Source: a virus. Taken from it: a stretch of DNA of 41,200 nucleotides. Within the stretch, counting starts at the first letter, position 1. Every line of letters begins with the position of its first letter. Both the position numbers and the translations under genes were made by a program. Below, one piece after another: positions 18,351 to 27,647 of this stretch. The notes beneath the pieces were generated by a model. It was not told the origin of the DNA. It made no database searches and saw nothing but the letters and a program-made list of their open reading frames with translations. Location: UHGV virus genome UHGV-0210649. One strand, given 5' to 3'.

Positions 18351-18716
18351 TTATATGTCTTCACCTGTTTCTTGCTTGTATAGATTCTTCATAAATTCCA
18401 TATGTGCTTTGAATCTTTCCGGCGGCATATTTCTTTTCATGTCGAAGAGGGAACGCATATCTGGATCCTCAAACATTTCCTGTGCCATTTTTGCAGTTTC
18501 TTCATTGAGATAGTAGCCAGAGGTTTCTTCTCCAGTCATGAGATAATCCAAACTTACTTCAAAATAGTCTGCAATTTTCTGTAACTTATCTCTTTTTGGC
18601 TCGCTTCGGCCAGATTTCCAATCAGAAAATGTAGATTTTGTAATACCAGTTGCCCGGACCACATCAGCGTCTTTAACCCCTCTTAAATCCCTTAACTTGC
18701 AATAAATTTCGTACAT
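18351..18716 (-). CDS. CI-like XRE-family repressor
   Basis: N-terminal HTH_3; divergent from cro; followed by the ImmA-like gene. Confidence 0.88.
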   Translation of the reverse strand: MYEIYCKLRDLRGVKDADVVRATGITKSTFSDWKSGRSEPKRDKLQKIADYFEVSLDYLMTGEETSGYYLNEETAKMAQEMFEDPDMRSLFDMKRNMPPERFKAHMEFMKNLYKQETGEDI

Positions 18717-18734
18717 ATAAACACCTCATAAAAT

Positions 18735-18900
18735 AAAGTTTTAAAATTCGTACAAAAAGCATTGACAAGTAATGATTTTCGTGCTAACATAAATACATAA
18801 AGTTCGGGAATCAAAACGCCTGCAAATTGTAGTTATATGATATCTGGTAAATTGATTATAACTGATTTCCGAACTAAACGCAACAATAAAGTTCGGAAGG
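18735..18900. promoter_or_regulatory. Genetic switch region with repeated operator-like AGTTCGG(A/G)AATC sites
   Basis: agttcgggaatc (~18801), gatttccgaact (~18864, inverted), agttcggaagg (~18890), and degenerate copies near 18737 and 18775. Confidence 0.6.
18762..18790 (+). promoter_or_regulatory. Sigma-A early lytic promoter (PR-like)
   Basis: TTGACA-17 bp-TAACAT with TGn extension. Confidence 0.75.
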
Positions 18901-18908
18901 AGGATAAA

Positions 18909-19097
18909 ATGTATAAAAATTATGTGGAACTAAGAGACAAAAAAGGAGTAACTGACTATCAAGTATCAAAAGATACGGGCATTACGAAGTCTACATTTTC
19001 TGATTGGAAAGTTGGGCGCAGTAAACCTAAGGCAGATAAGTTAAAGCTTTTAGCTGAATACTTTGGTGTGGATATTGGTTATTTCTTGAAAAAGTGA
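18909..19097 (+). CDS. Cro-like XRE HTH protein
   Basis: 62 aa from ATG 18909 after GGAGG; HTH only. Confidence 0.85.
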   Translation: MYKNYVELRDKKGVTDYQVSKDTGITKSTFSDWKVGRSKPKADKLKLLAEYFGVDIGYFLKK

Positions 19098-19318
19098 AAA
19101 GCACGGAAAGGAGAAAAGTGGAACAAAAAGAGTTTATTGAAATACCAATAAGGCAAGATATAAACGTAGAAGGGGCGTTAGGAATTAAAAAGTCTGCAAC
19201 AGAAAAAACGCTTCAAAGTATTGATGCTACCTTGAAGCGCATTGAAGTCATTCTTCTGGATCAGCAGAAAAGCCAATCTTATGCTTTGGACGGTCGGCAT
19301 CCTTCTTTACCGAAGTGA
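19094..19318 (+). CDS. Hypothetical early protein
   Basis: ORF; a start at GTG 19118 after AAGGAG is likely. Confidence 0.45.
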   Translation: MKSTERRKVEQKEFIEIPIRQDINVEGALGIKKSATEKTLQSIDATLKRIEVILLDQQKSQSYALDGRHPSLPK

Positions 19319-19625
19319 GCAAGAAGTTTAGTTGACTAACATGTTGGATAAGAGTTGCTTCTTTACCTTGATAAAAGCCTTTGAAAATCATTAAGACAGG
19401 ACTTTCGTAACTAATATAAGTCACATTTAAAAGTACGCTGGTACCGAAGGAAGTTAATAATATACCCACTTCGTGTTCGGAGTCTAGGGAATTTTCAAAT
19501 TCCTGAATATAATCTCTTAATATTTCGAATTGGCTAGAAGAAGTAGTTCCGATAGGAACAACCTGATCATTTGCCACTGCACGAAGCGCAGAGGCCTCTT
19601 GTAGGCTCGTATTTAATATATCCAA
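19248..19625 (-). CDS. DUF6173-like protein, antisense within the early operon
   Basis: I.EFE.SLD.EHEVG..L.SFG...LIQHVSQLNFLL...KIGF; TTG start after GAAAGGAG. Confidence 0.65.
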   Translation of the reverse strand: MDILNTSLQEASALRAVANDQVVPIGTTSSSQFEILRDYIQEFENSLDSEHEVGILLTSFGTSVLLNVTYISYESPVLMIFKGFYQGKEATLIQHVSQLNFLLTSVKKDADRPKHKIGFSADPEE

Positions 19626-19852
19626 ATATTTTCTCCTTTCATATTTACTCGAGCGCTGGCACGCTCTGTAAGGAGATTGTATCACAAATAAAGATGAAAC
19701 AACAGAAAGGAGAGAGATGGAAAGAAAGGAGATAACGATGCCAAGGGTAAGAATGAGTGAAGCCGAGGAGCAGATGCATTTGCCTGGCAAAAAGAAGTAA
19801 AGCCGTACAAGCGGTGAAACATATCAATTAATAAAGAAATGGAGGTATTTAT

Positions 19853-20011
19853 ATGAGTGATATACCTAAATTAACTCCGGAGCTTGAACTTGATATGAAA
19901 AGAACATTGCTGATGCTTGCAGCTAAGCAAAGTGGTGTAAAGATCACAAATGTCTATGTAAAAAACAAGGATGGAACGATAACGGACGAGGTAAAAAAAT
20001 ATGTGATCTAG
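19853..20011 (+). CDS. Small hypothetical protein (52 aa, absent from ORF track)
   Basis: GGAGGT RBS; MSDIPKLTPELELDMKRTLL... Confidence 0.55.
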   Translation: MSDIPKLTPELELDMKRTLLMLAAKQSGVKITNVYVKNKDGTITDEVKKYVI

Positions 20012-20054
20012 GACCCGGAAGGGTCCACAGAGAGGACAAGCAGGAGGGAGAACA

Positions 20055-20477
20055 TTGAGAAAGAGAATTCTGTCAGTGTTACTGGTATTGCTGATGCTGT
20101 TGCTGCTGATTCTATACAGCTTGCCGGCTGAAGCATCGGAGAAGTACCCGGTAAGGAAGATGCGTGTCACGTGTTATACCTATCCGGAAGGAAGCATTAC
20201 GGCATCCGGCTGTGAGGTGCGTGAGGGCATCGTTGCAGCGAAGAAGAACTGGATGAATGCCTTAGTTGTCCTGTATGACATGGACATGAATTTTATCGGG
20301 TATTTTGAAGTCAAAGACACCGGCTTCGGGATCGACAAGGACGGGGACGGCATCGGGAGTATCCAGGAAGGGACAAGCATAGACGTGTTCCGGAGCAGTC
20401 TGGAACGGTGTCATGAATGGACAGAAAGGTATGGTGATTACTGTTATGTGCAGATCATTACAGATGCAGAAGGGTAA
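20055..20477 (+). CDS. Secreted/anchored 3D-domain-like (double-psi barrel) protein
   Basis: Signal peptide; VTCY...TASG...G.VAA...VKDTG...IDVF. Confidence 0.65.
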   Translation: MRKRILSVLLVLLMLLLLILYSLPAEASEKYPVRKMRVTCYTYPEGSITASGCEVREGIVAAKKNWMNALVVLYDMDMNFIGYFEVKDTGFGIDKDGDGIGSIQEGTSIDVFRSSLERCHEWTERYGDYCYVQIITDAEG

Positions 20478-20580
20478 AAATAATAGCCCCGATACTTTGG
20501 CGAGCCGGGACTATTAAAACAGCAAAAAACGGAAATTTTATGCCTGTCTTTATGTTAAGGCAGGAGAAAGGAAATGTCAA

Positions 20581-20856
20581 ATGGATAAAAATAAAATGGT
20601 ACAGGAAATGACAGACATATTTTACGACAGATATATTCAGTCACCTGAAAAAATACAGGATATTACCAATAGGATTGCAAAGGCAATAGGGCCGATGGAT
20701 CCTATTGATCTGCCGGCAGTTGTATATGCTTTGGAAGTGCAGGCAAAGGCGCTGAGGAAACATCCCAATTTTGTAGATCTCACTGATGTATTGAAACTTA
20801 GATATAGTGTTACCGCATTATCTATAAATGTAGGAGGAGAACATGAAGGGGATTGA
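20581..20856 (+). CDS. Hypothetical protein
   Basis: 91-aa ORF with AAAGGA RBS. Confidence 0.55.
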   Translation: MDKNKMVQEMTDIFYDRYIQSPEKIQDITNRIAKAIGPMDPIDLPAVVYALEVQAKALRKHPNFVDLTDVLKLRYSVTALSINVGGEHEGD

Positions 20857-22453
20857 GTGCCCGATCTGTCACGGCAGATGTGATCCGGGAGAAATGATCG
20901 GCGGTGTCTGCCTGGAATGTCGGGAAAAGGAAGAGCAAAGACAGACCAGTGAGGATAAGTTATCTAAGGTTATGAATAGTGGTTATAAACAGCTGACTTT
21001 CGATTTTAAGGAGGAACGTGGATTGAAAATTACAAAGTTAAAAATCAGAAATCTTTTTGGCATTAAGGAGTATGAGGCAGGTGGAGAGAGTGTAGAGCTT
21101 TCAGGTACAAATGGCGTTGGAAAATCATCGGTGATTGATGCCATTAAGTATGCACTTACCAATAAATCAGATCGTAAGTATATTGTCCGTAATGGGGAAA
21201 CAGAGGGAGAGGTGCTGATCGAGACAGACAGCGGACTCAGGATCAACCGTAAGGCACGTACCAATCAGGCAGATTATAAGAGCGTAAAAAATAATGGTGT
21301 TGAGGTTGGCAGCCCGGAGACCTTTTTAAAGGACATTTTTACGGAGTTGCAGCTTAACCCGGTAGAGTTTATGAGCATGACAGAGAAGCAGCAGAACGCC
21401 ATTATTCTTGACATGATTGAGTATGACTGGGACATGAACAAGATCCGTGAGTGGTTCGGTGAGATTCCAGCGTGGGTGTCTTACGATCAGAACATCCTGT
21501 GTGTGCTTAATGACATTCAGTCGGAAAACGGTGAATATTTTAAGTCCAGACAGGACATTAACCGTGAAATCCGCAATAAGAAAGCATTTGTCGAGGAAAT
21601 TGCAGCAACTATTCCGGCAGGCTACAGCCTTGAGAAATGGGAAAATGCAAGTGCAGGAGAGATCTACCAGAAGATTGAGCGCATCCGCAAGGAGAACGAA
21701 GAGATTCAGAAAGCCAAGTCGTTGTTGGATGAAAGAGATAGCAAGGTGCGGAAGTTTGAAGCTGACAGGGAAATCAACAAAGCTGCGCTTACAACCGAAT
21801 TTGGAAACCGGAAAGCACAGATTGATAAGGACATCGTACAGTTACAGGAGCAGATCAAGGCACTGGATACAGAACGGGCAGGACTGGATGAGAGACTTGC
21901 AGACAAGTTGGCAATCATTGAGCAGGAGTACAAAGCCAATGTTGCTAAGTATGACGCAGAGGTAGAGTCTTACAAGGACTACCGCGACAAAGAGGTCGAG
22001 GATGTGTCGGAGCTGGTATCACAGGCAGAAGAGATTGAGAAAATGAAGTCGCACATCAATGAGTACCGCCGGATGCAGGATCTGCAGAAAAACATCGAAG
22101 ATTTGTCCGGGCAGTCACAGACCCTTACAAACCGGATTGAAAAGGCACGTACTCTTCCGGGCGAAATCCTCGCTGACTGCAAAATCCCGATTGCCGGTCT
22201 GACTGTAAAAGATGGCACACCGCTTATCAACGGATTGCCAATCTCCAACTTGTCTGATGGAGAGAAACTGGATCTTTGCATTGATGTGGCAATCCAGAAC
22301 CCCAAGGGGCTTCAGATCATCCTTATCGATGGGGTTGAGCGGCTATCAACCGAATGGAAGAATCGCCTGTACGCAAAGTGTAAGGAAAAAGGATTGCAGT
22401 TTATCGCAACTAGAACAACGGATGATGAAGATATGTCTGTTGTGGAATTATAG
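20843..22453 (+). CDS. SMC/SbcC-like AAA ATPase with in-frame N-terminal Cys4 segment
   Basis: Walker A GTNGVGKSS, coiled coil, LSDGE signature, ILIDGVE Walker B; internal AAGGAGG plus TTG at 21023. Confidence 0.85.
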   Translation: MKGIECPICHGRCDPGEMIGGVCLECREKEEQRQTSEDKLSKVMNSGYKQLTFDFKEERGLKITKLKIRNLFGIKEYEAGGESVELSGTNGVGKSSVIDAIKYALTNKSDRKYIVRNGETEGEVLIETDSGLRINRKARTNQADYKSVKNNGVEVGSPETFLKDIFTELQLNPVEFMSMTEKQQNAIILDMIEYDWDMNKIREWFGEIPAWVSYDQNILCVLNDIQSENGEYFKSRQDINREIRNKKAFVEEIAATIPAGYSLEKWENASAGEIYQKIERIRKENEEIQKAKSLLDERDSKVRKFEADREINKAALTTEFGNRKAQIDKDIVQLQEQIKALDTERAGLDERLADKLAIIEQEYKANVAKYDAEVESYKDYRDKEVEDVSELVSQAEEIEKMKSHINEYRRMQDLQKNIEDLSGQSQTLTNRIEKARTLPGEILADCKIPIAGLTVKDGTPLINGLPISNLSDGEKLDLCIDVAIQNPKGLQIILIDGVERLSTEWKNRLYAKCKEKGLQFIATRTTDDEDMSVVEL

Positions 22454-22463
22454 GAGGACAAGT

Positions 22464-23135
22464 ATGGATAGTACAGAAATCATAGTACAGGAACAGAAAT
22501 ACGAACTGTCATCCGGTACATTTGCTACAATCGAGAATTTTAAGGATATTTATGACATCGGTAAGATGTTTGCATCATCAACACTGGTGCCGCAGGCATA
22601 TCAGGGTAAGGCTATGGACTGCACCATTGCAGTAGATATGGCAAACCGTATGGGAGTATCCCCCATGTTTGTAATGCAGAATCTTTATGTCGTGAAAGGA
22701 AAGCCGTCATGGAGTGGACAAGCCTGCATGAGCATGATCAAGGCAACTCCAATTTATAAAAATGTCCGTCCGGTTTACTTCGGTGAGCCGGATACGGATT
22801 CATGGGGCTGTTATGTAAGAGCAGAGGATAAAAAAACAGGAGAGATCATTAATGGTGCAAAGGTTACCATTCAGATGGCAAAGGAAGAAGGGTGGTATTC
22901 CAAAAAAGATAAATATGGTAATGAAACCAGCAAGTGGCAGACCATGCCGGAATTGATGCTTGCATACAGAGCAGCTTCTTTTTTTGCAAAAGTATATATC
23001 CCCAATTCCATTATGGGATGTGCCGTTGAGGGTGAAGTCGAAGACATATCAGAGCCAGCGAGAGTTGCGACAGATGAACCACTAATGAGTATTCCGGAAG
23101 AAGTGAGACAGGAAGCAGAGGAGGTATTTAAGTGA
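22464..23135 (+). CDS. RecT-like single-strand annealing protein
   Basis: S.LVP..YQGK..DC.IA..MA.R.G.SP..VMQNLYVV.GKPSW; W.TMPE.ML.YRA; RBS AGGAGG. Confidence 0.75.
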   Translation: MDSTEIIVQEQKYELSSGTFATIENFKDIYDIGKMFASSTLVPQAYQGKAMDCTIAVDMANRMGVSPMFVMQNLYVVKGKPSWSGQACMSMIKATPIYKNVRPVYFGEPDTDSWGCYVRAEDKKTGEIINGAKVTIQMAKEEGWYSKKDKYGNETSKWQTMPELMLAYRAASFFAKVYIPNSIMGCAVEGEVEDISEPARVATDEPLMSIPEEVRQEAEEVFK

Positions 23136-23935
23136 TATTAACAGAGGAAAATTATTATACAAGGGAAGCGGACATGGAATACCTGTCCGTCTCCCAGTAC
23201 AAAAAGTTTGCAGGATGTCTCGGCAGGATGGGATGCGAAGCCAAGGCAATGGCAGAGCTTAATGGAGAGTGGGAAGACGATAAGAGTACGGCGCTGATGG
23301 TCGGCTCCTACGTGGATGCACACTTTGAGGGTACGCTTGATATCTTCAAGGCGCAGAATCCTGACATCTTTACAAAACAGGGAGCCTTAAAAGCAGAGTA
23401 CCGGAGAGCGGAAGAGGTCATTAACCGTATTGAGCGTGATCCGTATTTTATGGCACATATGGCAGGAGAGAAGCAGGTCATCATGACCGGCGAGCTGTTC
23501 GGGGCAAAATGGAAGATCAAGATGGACTCTTACTTTCCGGATCGGTTGATCGTGGATTTGAAAACCATGAAGTCTCTCGGAGAGCGTTTTTACTCTGCTG
23601 ACTTTGGCAACATGGATTTTGTCCGGAACTGGGGTTATGACATCCAGGGCGCGATCTATCAGAAGATCGTGGAGATCAACACCGGAAAGAAGCTGCCATT
23701 TAAGATCGCGGCGGCATCCAAAGAGGAATATCCGGATATCGACATCATACAGGTGGAACAGAGCCTTTTGGATGCAGCACTGGCAGAGGTTGAGAAGAAT
23801 GTCCCCAGAATACTGGCAATAAAAAAAGGCGAATATGATCCGGTACGGTGCGAAAAGAGAGACTGCAATTATTGCAAGCACACGAAGATACTGACACACT
23901 CCATCTGGTCGGATGAACTGCTGGTGAACTTATGA
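23132..23935 (+). CDS. PD-(D/E)XK exonuclease (DUF3799/RecE-like)
   Basis: LSVSQYK, WKIKMD, IVDLKT, GYDIQGAIYQ. Confidence 0.82.
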   Translation: MILTEENYYTREADMEYLSVSQYKKFAGCLGRMGCEAKAMAELNGEWEDDKSTALMVGSYVDAHFEGTLDIFKAQNPDIFTKQGALKAEYRRAEEVINRIERDPYFMAHMAGEKQVIMTGELFGAKWKIKMDSYFPDRLIVDLKTMKSLGERFYSADFGNMDFVRNWGYDIQGAIYQKIVEINTGKKLPFKIAAASKEEYPDIDIIQVEQSLLDAALAEVEKNVPRILAIKKGEYDPVRCEKRDCNYCKHTKILTHSIWSDELLVNL

Positions 23936-24243
23936 GGGACTCTATCATCGTAAACATGAAATATGCGGACTATGACCTGATCGACGGTACACCCAACGTA
24001 GAGCGGCATCACTGCTTAATGGGACCGGACAGGGCAAAGGCTGATGAAGATGGTCTGTGGGTGCCGTTGACCAAGGAACATCATACGGCTGGAAAGACAA
24101 GCGCACATCAATGTAAAGAGATGAGAGTGCTTTTGCAGATGCTTGCACAGGTTTCATACGAAAGAGATAGATGTGCGGAGGGAATGAGTAAAGAAGATGC
24201 AAGAGAAACTTTTAGAAAAAGATATGGGAAATCGTACTTGTAG
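23932..24243 (+). CDS. His-rich HNH-like phage protein
   Basis: ERHH...G..R.KA.EDGLWVPL..EHH...H; F.KRYGKSYL. Confidence 0.55.
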   Translation: MRDSIIVNMKYADYDLIDGTPNVERHHCLMGPDRAKADEDGLWVPLTKEHHTAGKTSAHQCKEMRVLLQMLAQVSYERDRCAEGMSKEDARETFRKRYGKSYL

Positions 24244-24640
24244 GACATTTACCATTCAAGGTGCCTTTTGCGGAGATAAGTGTTTTCCATCACTTAATCA
24301 GTACATAGCGGAGCTTGGACGGAATCCTCGTTGTGGTGCGAAGTATAAAAAGCAATATGTCATGATAGCCACAAACGCGATACGGCGTGATTTGGGGCGG
24401 TTTCAGACAGACAAGCCGGTTATTCTGCATTATACCTTTGCAGAACCACGGAAAGGGGTAAAGAGGGACTACGGTAATATCTTTGCACTTGCAGATAAGT
24501 TTATTGAGGATGCACTTAGAGATTGTCGGGTGATACCGGATGATAACCCACATTATGTTAGAAATTTTACACATGAATTTATATACACGGATGGAGATCC
24601 ATTTATTCGTGTTGAGATTGAAGAGGTTGAAACACCTTAA
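24197..24640 (+). CDS. RusA-like Holliday junction resolvase
   Basis: PSLN.Y, KRD..NI....KFI.DAL....I.DDN, I.VEIEE. Confidence 0.75.
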   Translation: MQEKLLEKDMGNRTCRTFTIQGAFCGDKCFPSLNQYIAELGRNPRCGAKYKKQYVMIATNAIRRDLGRFQTDKPVILHYTFAEPRKGVKRDYGNIFALADKFIEDALRDCRVIPDDNPHYVRNFTHEFIYTDGDPFIRVEIEEVETP

Positions 24641-24753
24641 GAAACTATTAACCACGCTAAGATCTGATGGCAGCATACCACGGGAATGCCAGGAGATTAC
24701 CCTACCTATCAGCTCCCCCCAGTTGGTAGGTAGGAATGAAGTAAGGTGAAATA

Positions 24754-25101
24754 TTGGAAATTAATATTATAGATCTTATTCCGGTAGGAAAAGAAAACGC
24801 AATTAAGAGAGAACAGCTTACAAGACTTTGCTTTCAATATGGGTTGATCGCAGATGTAAAGGATAAAGACAGAGCCATGAGAGAGCTTATTGGTGAAGCA
24901 AGGAAGGAACATTCCATTATCAATATGTCGCATGGTGATGGTTACTATCAGCCACGTACGGATTCTAAGGAAGAGATGTCCGAACTGAATGCTTTTATAC
25001 AGCAGGAGAAAAGCCGAGGAGGTAAAATCTTCGAACACGTCGCACCTGCAGAAGCTCAATATGAAGATTTTATACGTGGAAGATTTGAAAGGGTGACGTG
25101 A
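24754..25101 (+). CDS. Hypothetical winged-helix-like protein
   Basis: IP.G.ENAI.R..L...DR.MR.LI..AR...I.N...G.GYY. Confidence 0.55.
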   Translation: MEINIIDLIPVGKENAIKREQLTRLCFQYGLIADVKDKDRAMRELIGEARKEHSIINMSHGDGYYQPRTDSKEEMSELNAFIQQEKSRGGKIFEHVAPAEAQYEDFIRGRFERVT

Positions 25102-25103
25102 TC

Positions 25104-25955
25104 ATGGCAGGCAGACAAAACAAAGTAGGATTGGATTACTTTGAATTGGATTGCCACATGGATGAAAAGGTTAGATTGGTACAGGCTGAATATGGACTGA
25201 AAGGCTTTGCGGTTTTCGTCAAACTACTCCAGGAAATATATGGAGGGTATGGTTATTACTGTGAATGGACTCAAGACAGGGAGCTTCTGTTTGCGTCAGA
25301 AAATGGTTTGAATGGCGGTTCCCAACAACTCTTAGGAGATATAGTGGAAGCCTGTATCAGAAGGAACATTTTTTCAGAGAGACTTTTTAAAGAGTACGGT
25401 ATTCTTACGTCCTCCGGGGTGCAGAAGCAATACCTGAAAGCTACAGTCAAGCGGGAAGTTGTAGAACTGAAAAAAGAGTACCTTTTAATTAGTGTACCTG
25501 TAAATAGGAAAAATGTGGTAATTAATTCAATTTCTTCCGGAATAAATGACATTTCTGATACCGGAAATGCACAGAGTAGAGTAGAGAAGAGTAAAGTATA
25601 TCCCCCTATATCCCCCAACGGTTTTAATTGCTTCTGGGAGATATACCCGAAAAAGGTACGGATTCTGAAAGCGGAAGAGGCATACAGGCAGGTCTTGTTT
25701 GATGATAGTTCTGTTGATGAGGAAGATCTTAAGGATGCCGCTGGCAATTATGCGGAGTCTGTGCGGATTCTGGATACACAGGAGATATACATACTCAATC
25801 CGGAAAACTTCCTGTTAAGAGGGGCATATACAGATTACCTGCCGGGTAACTACAAGAAGCCACAGAGCAGTAAGAAAGTTCAGTTTAACCAGATGATGCA
25901 TGGCAATTATGATTATGCAGCACTGGAAAAGCAAATGTTAGGAGTGGATCAATGA
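25104..25955 (+). CDS. Replication initiator (DUF4373/Lin1244-like N-terminus)
   Basis: K.GLDYF.LD, YG..G, GYY..W, ILTS.GVQK.Y; C-terminal F..FW..YPKK. Confidence 0.78.
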   Translation: MAGRQNKVGLDYFELDCHMDEKVRLVQAEYGLKGFAVFVKLLQEIYGGYGYYCEWTQDRELLFASENGLNGGSQQLLGDIVEACIRRNIFSERLFKEYGILTSSGVQKQYLKATVKREVVELKKEYLLISVPVNRKNVVINSISSGINDISDTGNAQSRVEKSKVYPPISPNGFNCFWEIYPKKVRILKAEEAYRQVLFDDSSVDEEDLKDAAGNYAESVRILDTQEIYILNPENFLLRGAYTDYLPGNYKKPQSSKKVQFNQMMHGNYDYAALEKQMLGVDQ

Positions 25956-26395
25956 AGCGAAAAGAAAATAAGGATCTGATGATGCAGATGCTTCGTGACG
26001 GAGTGCCATACAAGGAGATCGCAGAAGCAACAGGCTACAAGGTGACCTCCTTACACAGATACGCACAGGACATTGAAGAGCGGAAAGAACATCAGAACAC
26101 CGGTGTCAAAAGCTATAAGGACCTGATTATACGATGGTTTGAGCAAGGAAAGACAGCAGAAGAGATCGGGGAGCTGATTGGCTACAGTCCGGTTACGGTA
26201 AAAAACAAATACAACGAGTGGAAGCGTGAGGAGAAGTGCAGAGACGAACCGGAGGAGATTGAAGAGGTTGCTTTTCCTGAGAAGCAGTTGAGCTTTGTGG
26301 AGCGGAGAAAAGTTAAAACTTATCCAGCAACATACGGAAATAAACGGTGGATTGATATAACAGATGGGTATTTGGATAATTACGTGCCCGGATGA
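25952..26395 (+). CDS. Tandem HTH protein
   Basis: Two EIAEATGY/EIGELIGYS HTH-like repeats. Confidence 0.6.
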   Translation: MKRKENKDLMMQMLRDGVPYKEIAEATGYKVTSLHRYAQDIEERKEHQNTGVKSYKDLIIRWFEQGKTAEEIGELIGYSPVTVKNKYNEWKREEKCRDEPEEIEEVAFPEKQLSFVERRKVKTYPATYGNKRWIDITDGYLDNYVPG

Positions 26396-26476
26396 TTTAG
26401 ACCATGATAAAAACATGACAGAAAGGAGTGAGAGGTTTGCTGGCCAGCGAAAAAGACGTCTTTACTCCTGAAAGAG

Positions 26477-27592
26477 ATGAAAGAAGAATTTAGAAGCCGG
26501 GTGTATACAGATAGACCAGATTATGCTGATTTTGAACCAGCAGCAAAGTTTAATGCCATACAGAGCATTATAGCAAAGAGATTGAGAGAGCATCCAAACG
26601 CTATATGCTCATACTCTGGCGGTTCGGACAGCGATATTATGATCGACTTGATTGAGCGGACACGAAAGATTTTCAATTTACCGTCGGTAAAGTATGTATT
26701 CTTTAATACTGGACTTGAAATGAAAGCCACAAAAGATCATGTTAGGGATACCGCAGAAAAATATGGTGTGGAAATCGAAGAGTGCAGGCCAAAGATAAAT
26801 ATTGTACTGGCAACAAGAAAATATGGGGTGCCGTTTGTATCAAAAATTATGTCTGCTGGATTATCTGGGTGGCAAAAGAAGAAGGTACCGTTATCAATCG
26901 CGCAGGAGTACGATCAGGCAGAGGATAAACAGGCAAAGCGGGAAGAACTGAGAGAAAGATACCCCAATTGTGAAAGTACAATTAACTTTCTCTGTTGCTG
27001 TAACTCCGCAGGAGAACCAAGACCCAATATCCAGTTGGTTATCAATTCATCGAAGTATATGCGGGATTTTATAGAAGAATATCCACCGGACTTCCCGATA
27101 AGCGCAGACTGTTGCGTTCATTGCAAGAAAAATGTTGCACATAAGGTACAAAGGGATTACGAGATGGTTATTACCGGCGAGCGCAGGGATGAGGGCGGTA
27201 TGAGATCTGTGCCGAGGAAAGATAATACAGCCTTATGCTTCACGGAAACATCTAGTGGGCAGTATCGTTTGAGACCACTTTATTATGTGAGCGATAAGGA
27301 TAAAGAATGGTACAAAAATTACTATGAAGTACGGTATTCTGATGCATATGAAGTATATGGATTGACTCGTACCGGATGTTGTGGATGTCCTATATCTTAC
27401 AAGGCTATTGATGATCTGGAACTGATCCGACCATATGAGCCGAATGTAGTAAAGGCTGCATGGAACATCTTTGGTAAAAGCTATGAATACAGGAGAAAGT
27501 ATAACGAGTATAAGCAGATGCGGATGAACCAAGACAAGGAATCGGCTGCTAATGTGGAAGGGCAGATGAGTATAGAGGATTTTATAAAATAA
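26477..27592 (+). CDS. PAPS reductase-family (PP-loop) protein
   Basis: SYSGGSDS, FFNTGLE, CC..CKK, TGERRDEGG.R, RTGCCGCP. Confidence 0.88.
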   Translation: MKEEFRSRVYTDRPDYADFEPAAKFNAIQSIIAKRLREHPNAICSYSGGSDSDIMIDLIERTRKIFNLPSVKYVFFNTGLEMKATKDHVRDTAEKYGVEIEECRPKINIVLATRKYGVPFVSKIMSAGLSGWQKKKVPLSIAQEYDQAEDKQAKREELRERYPNCESTINFLCCCNSAGEPRPNIQLVINSSKYMRDFIEEYPPDFPISADCCVHCKKNVAHKVQRDYEMVITGERRDEGGMRSVPRKDNTALCFTETSSGQYRLRPLYYVSDKDKEWYKNYYEVRYSDAYEVYGLTRTGCCGCPISYKAIDDLELIRPYEPNVVKAAWNIFGKSYEYRRKYNEYKQMRMNQDKESAANVEGQMSIEDFIK

Positions 27593-27647
27593 CAGAAAGG
27601 AGCCGAACCTCCGGCCGGATCAATGATATATCGGGTTCCTTTTGAAA

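Noticed and set aside
26477..27592. Auxiliary metabolic cysH for sulfate assimilation, or a complete Dnd system
   Set aside because: Context is DNA replication/modification, and no other cys or dnd genes are recognisable
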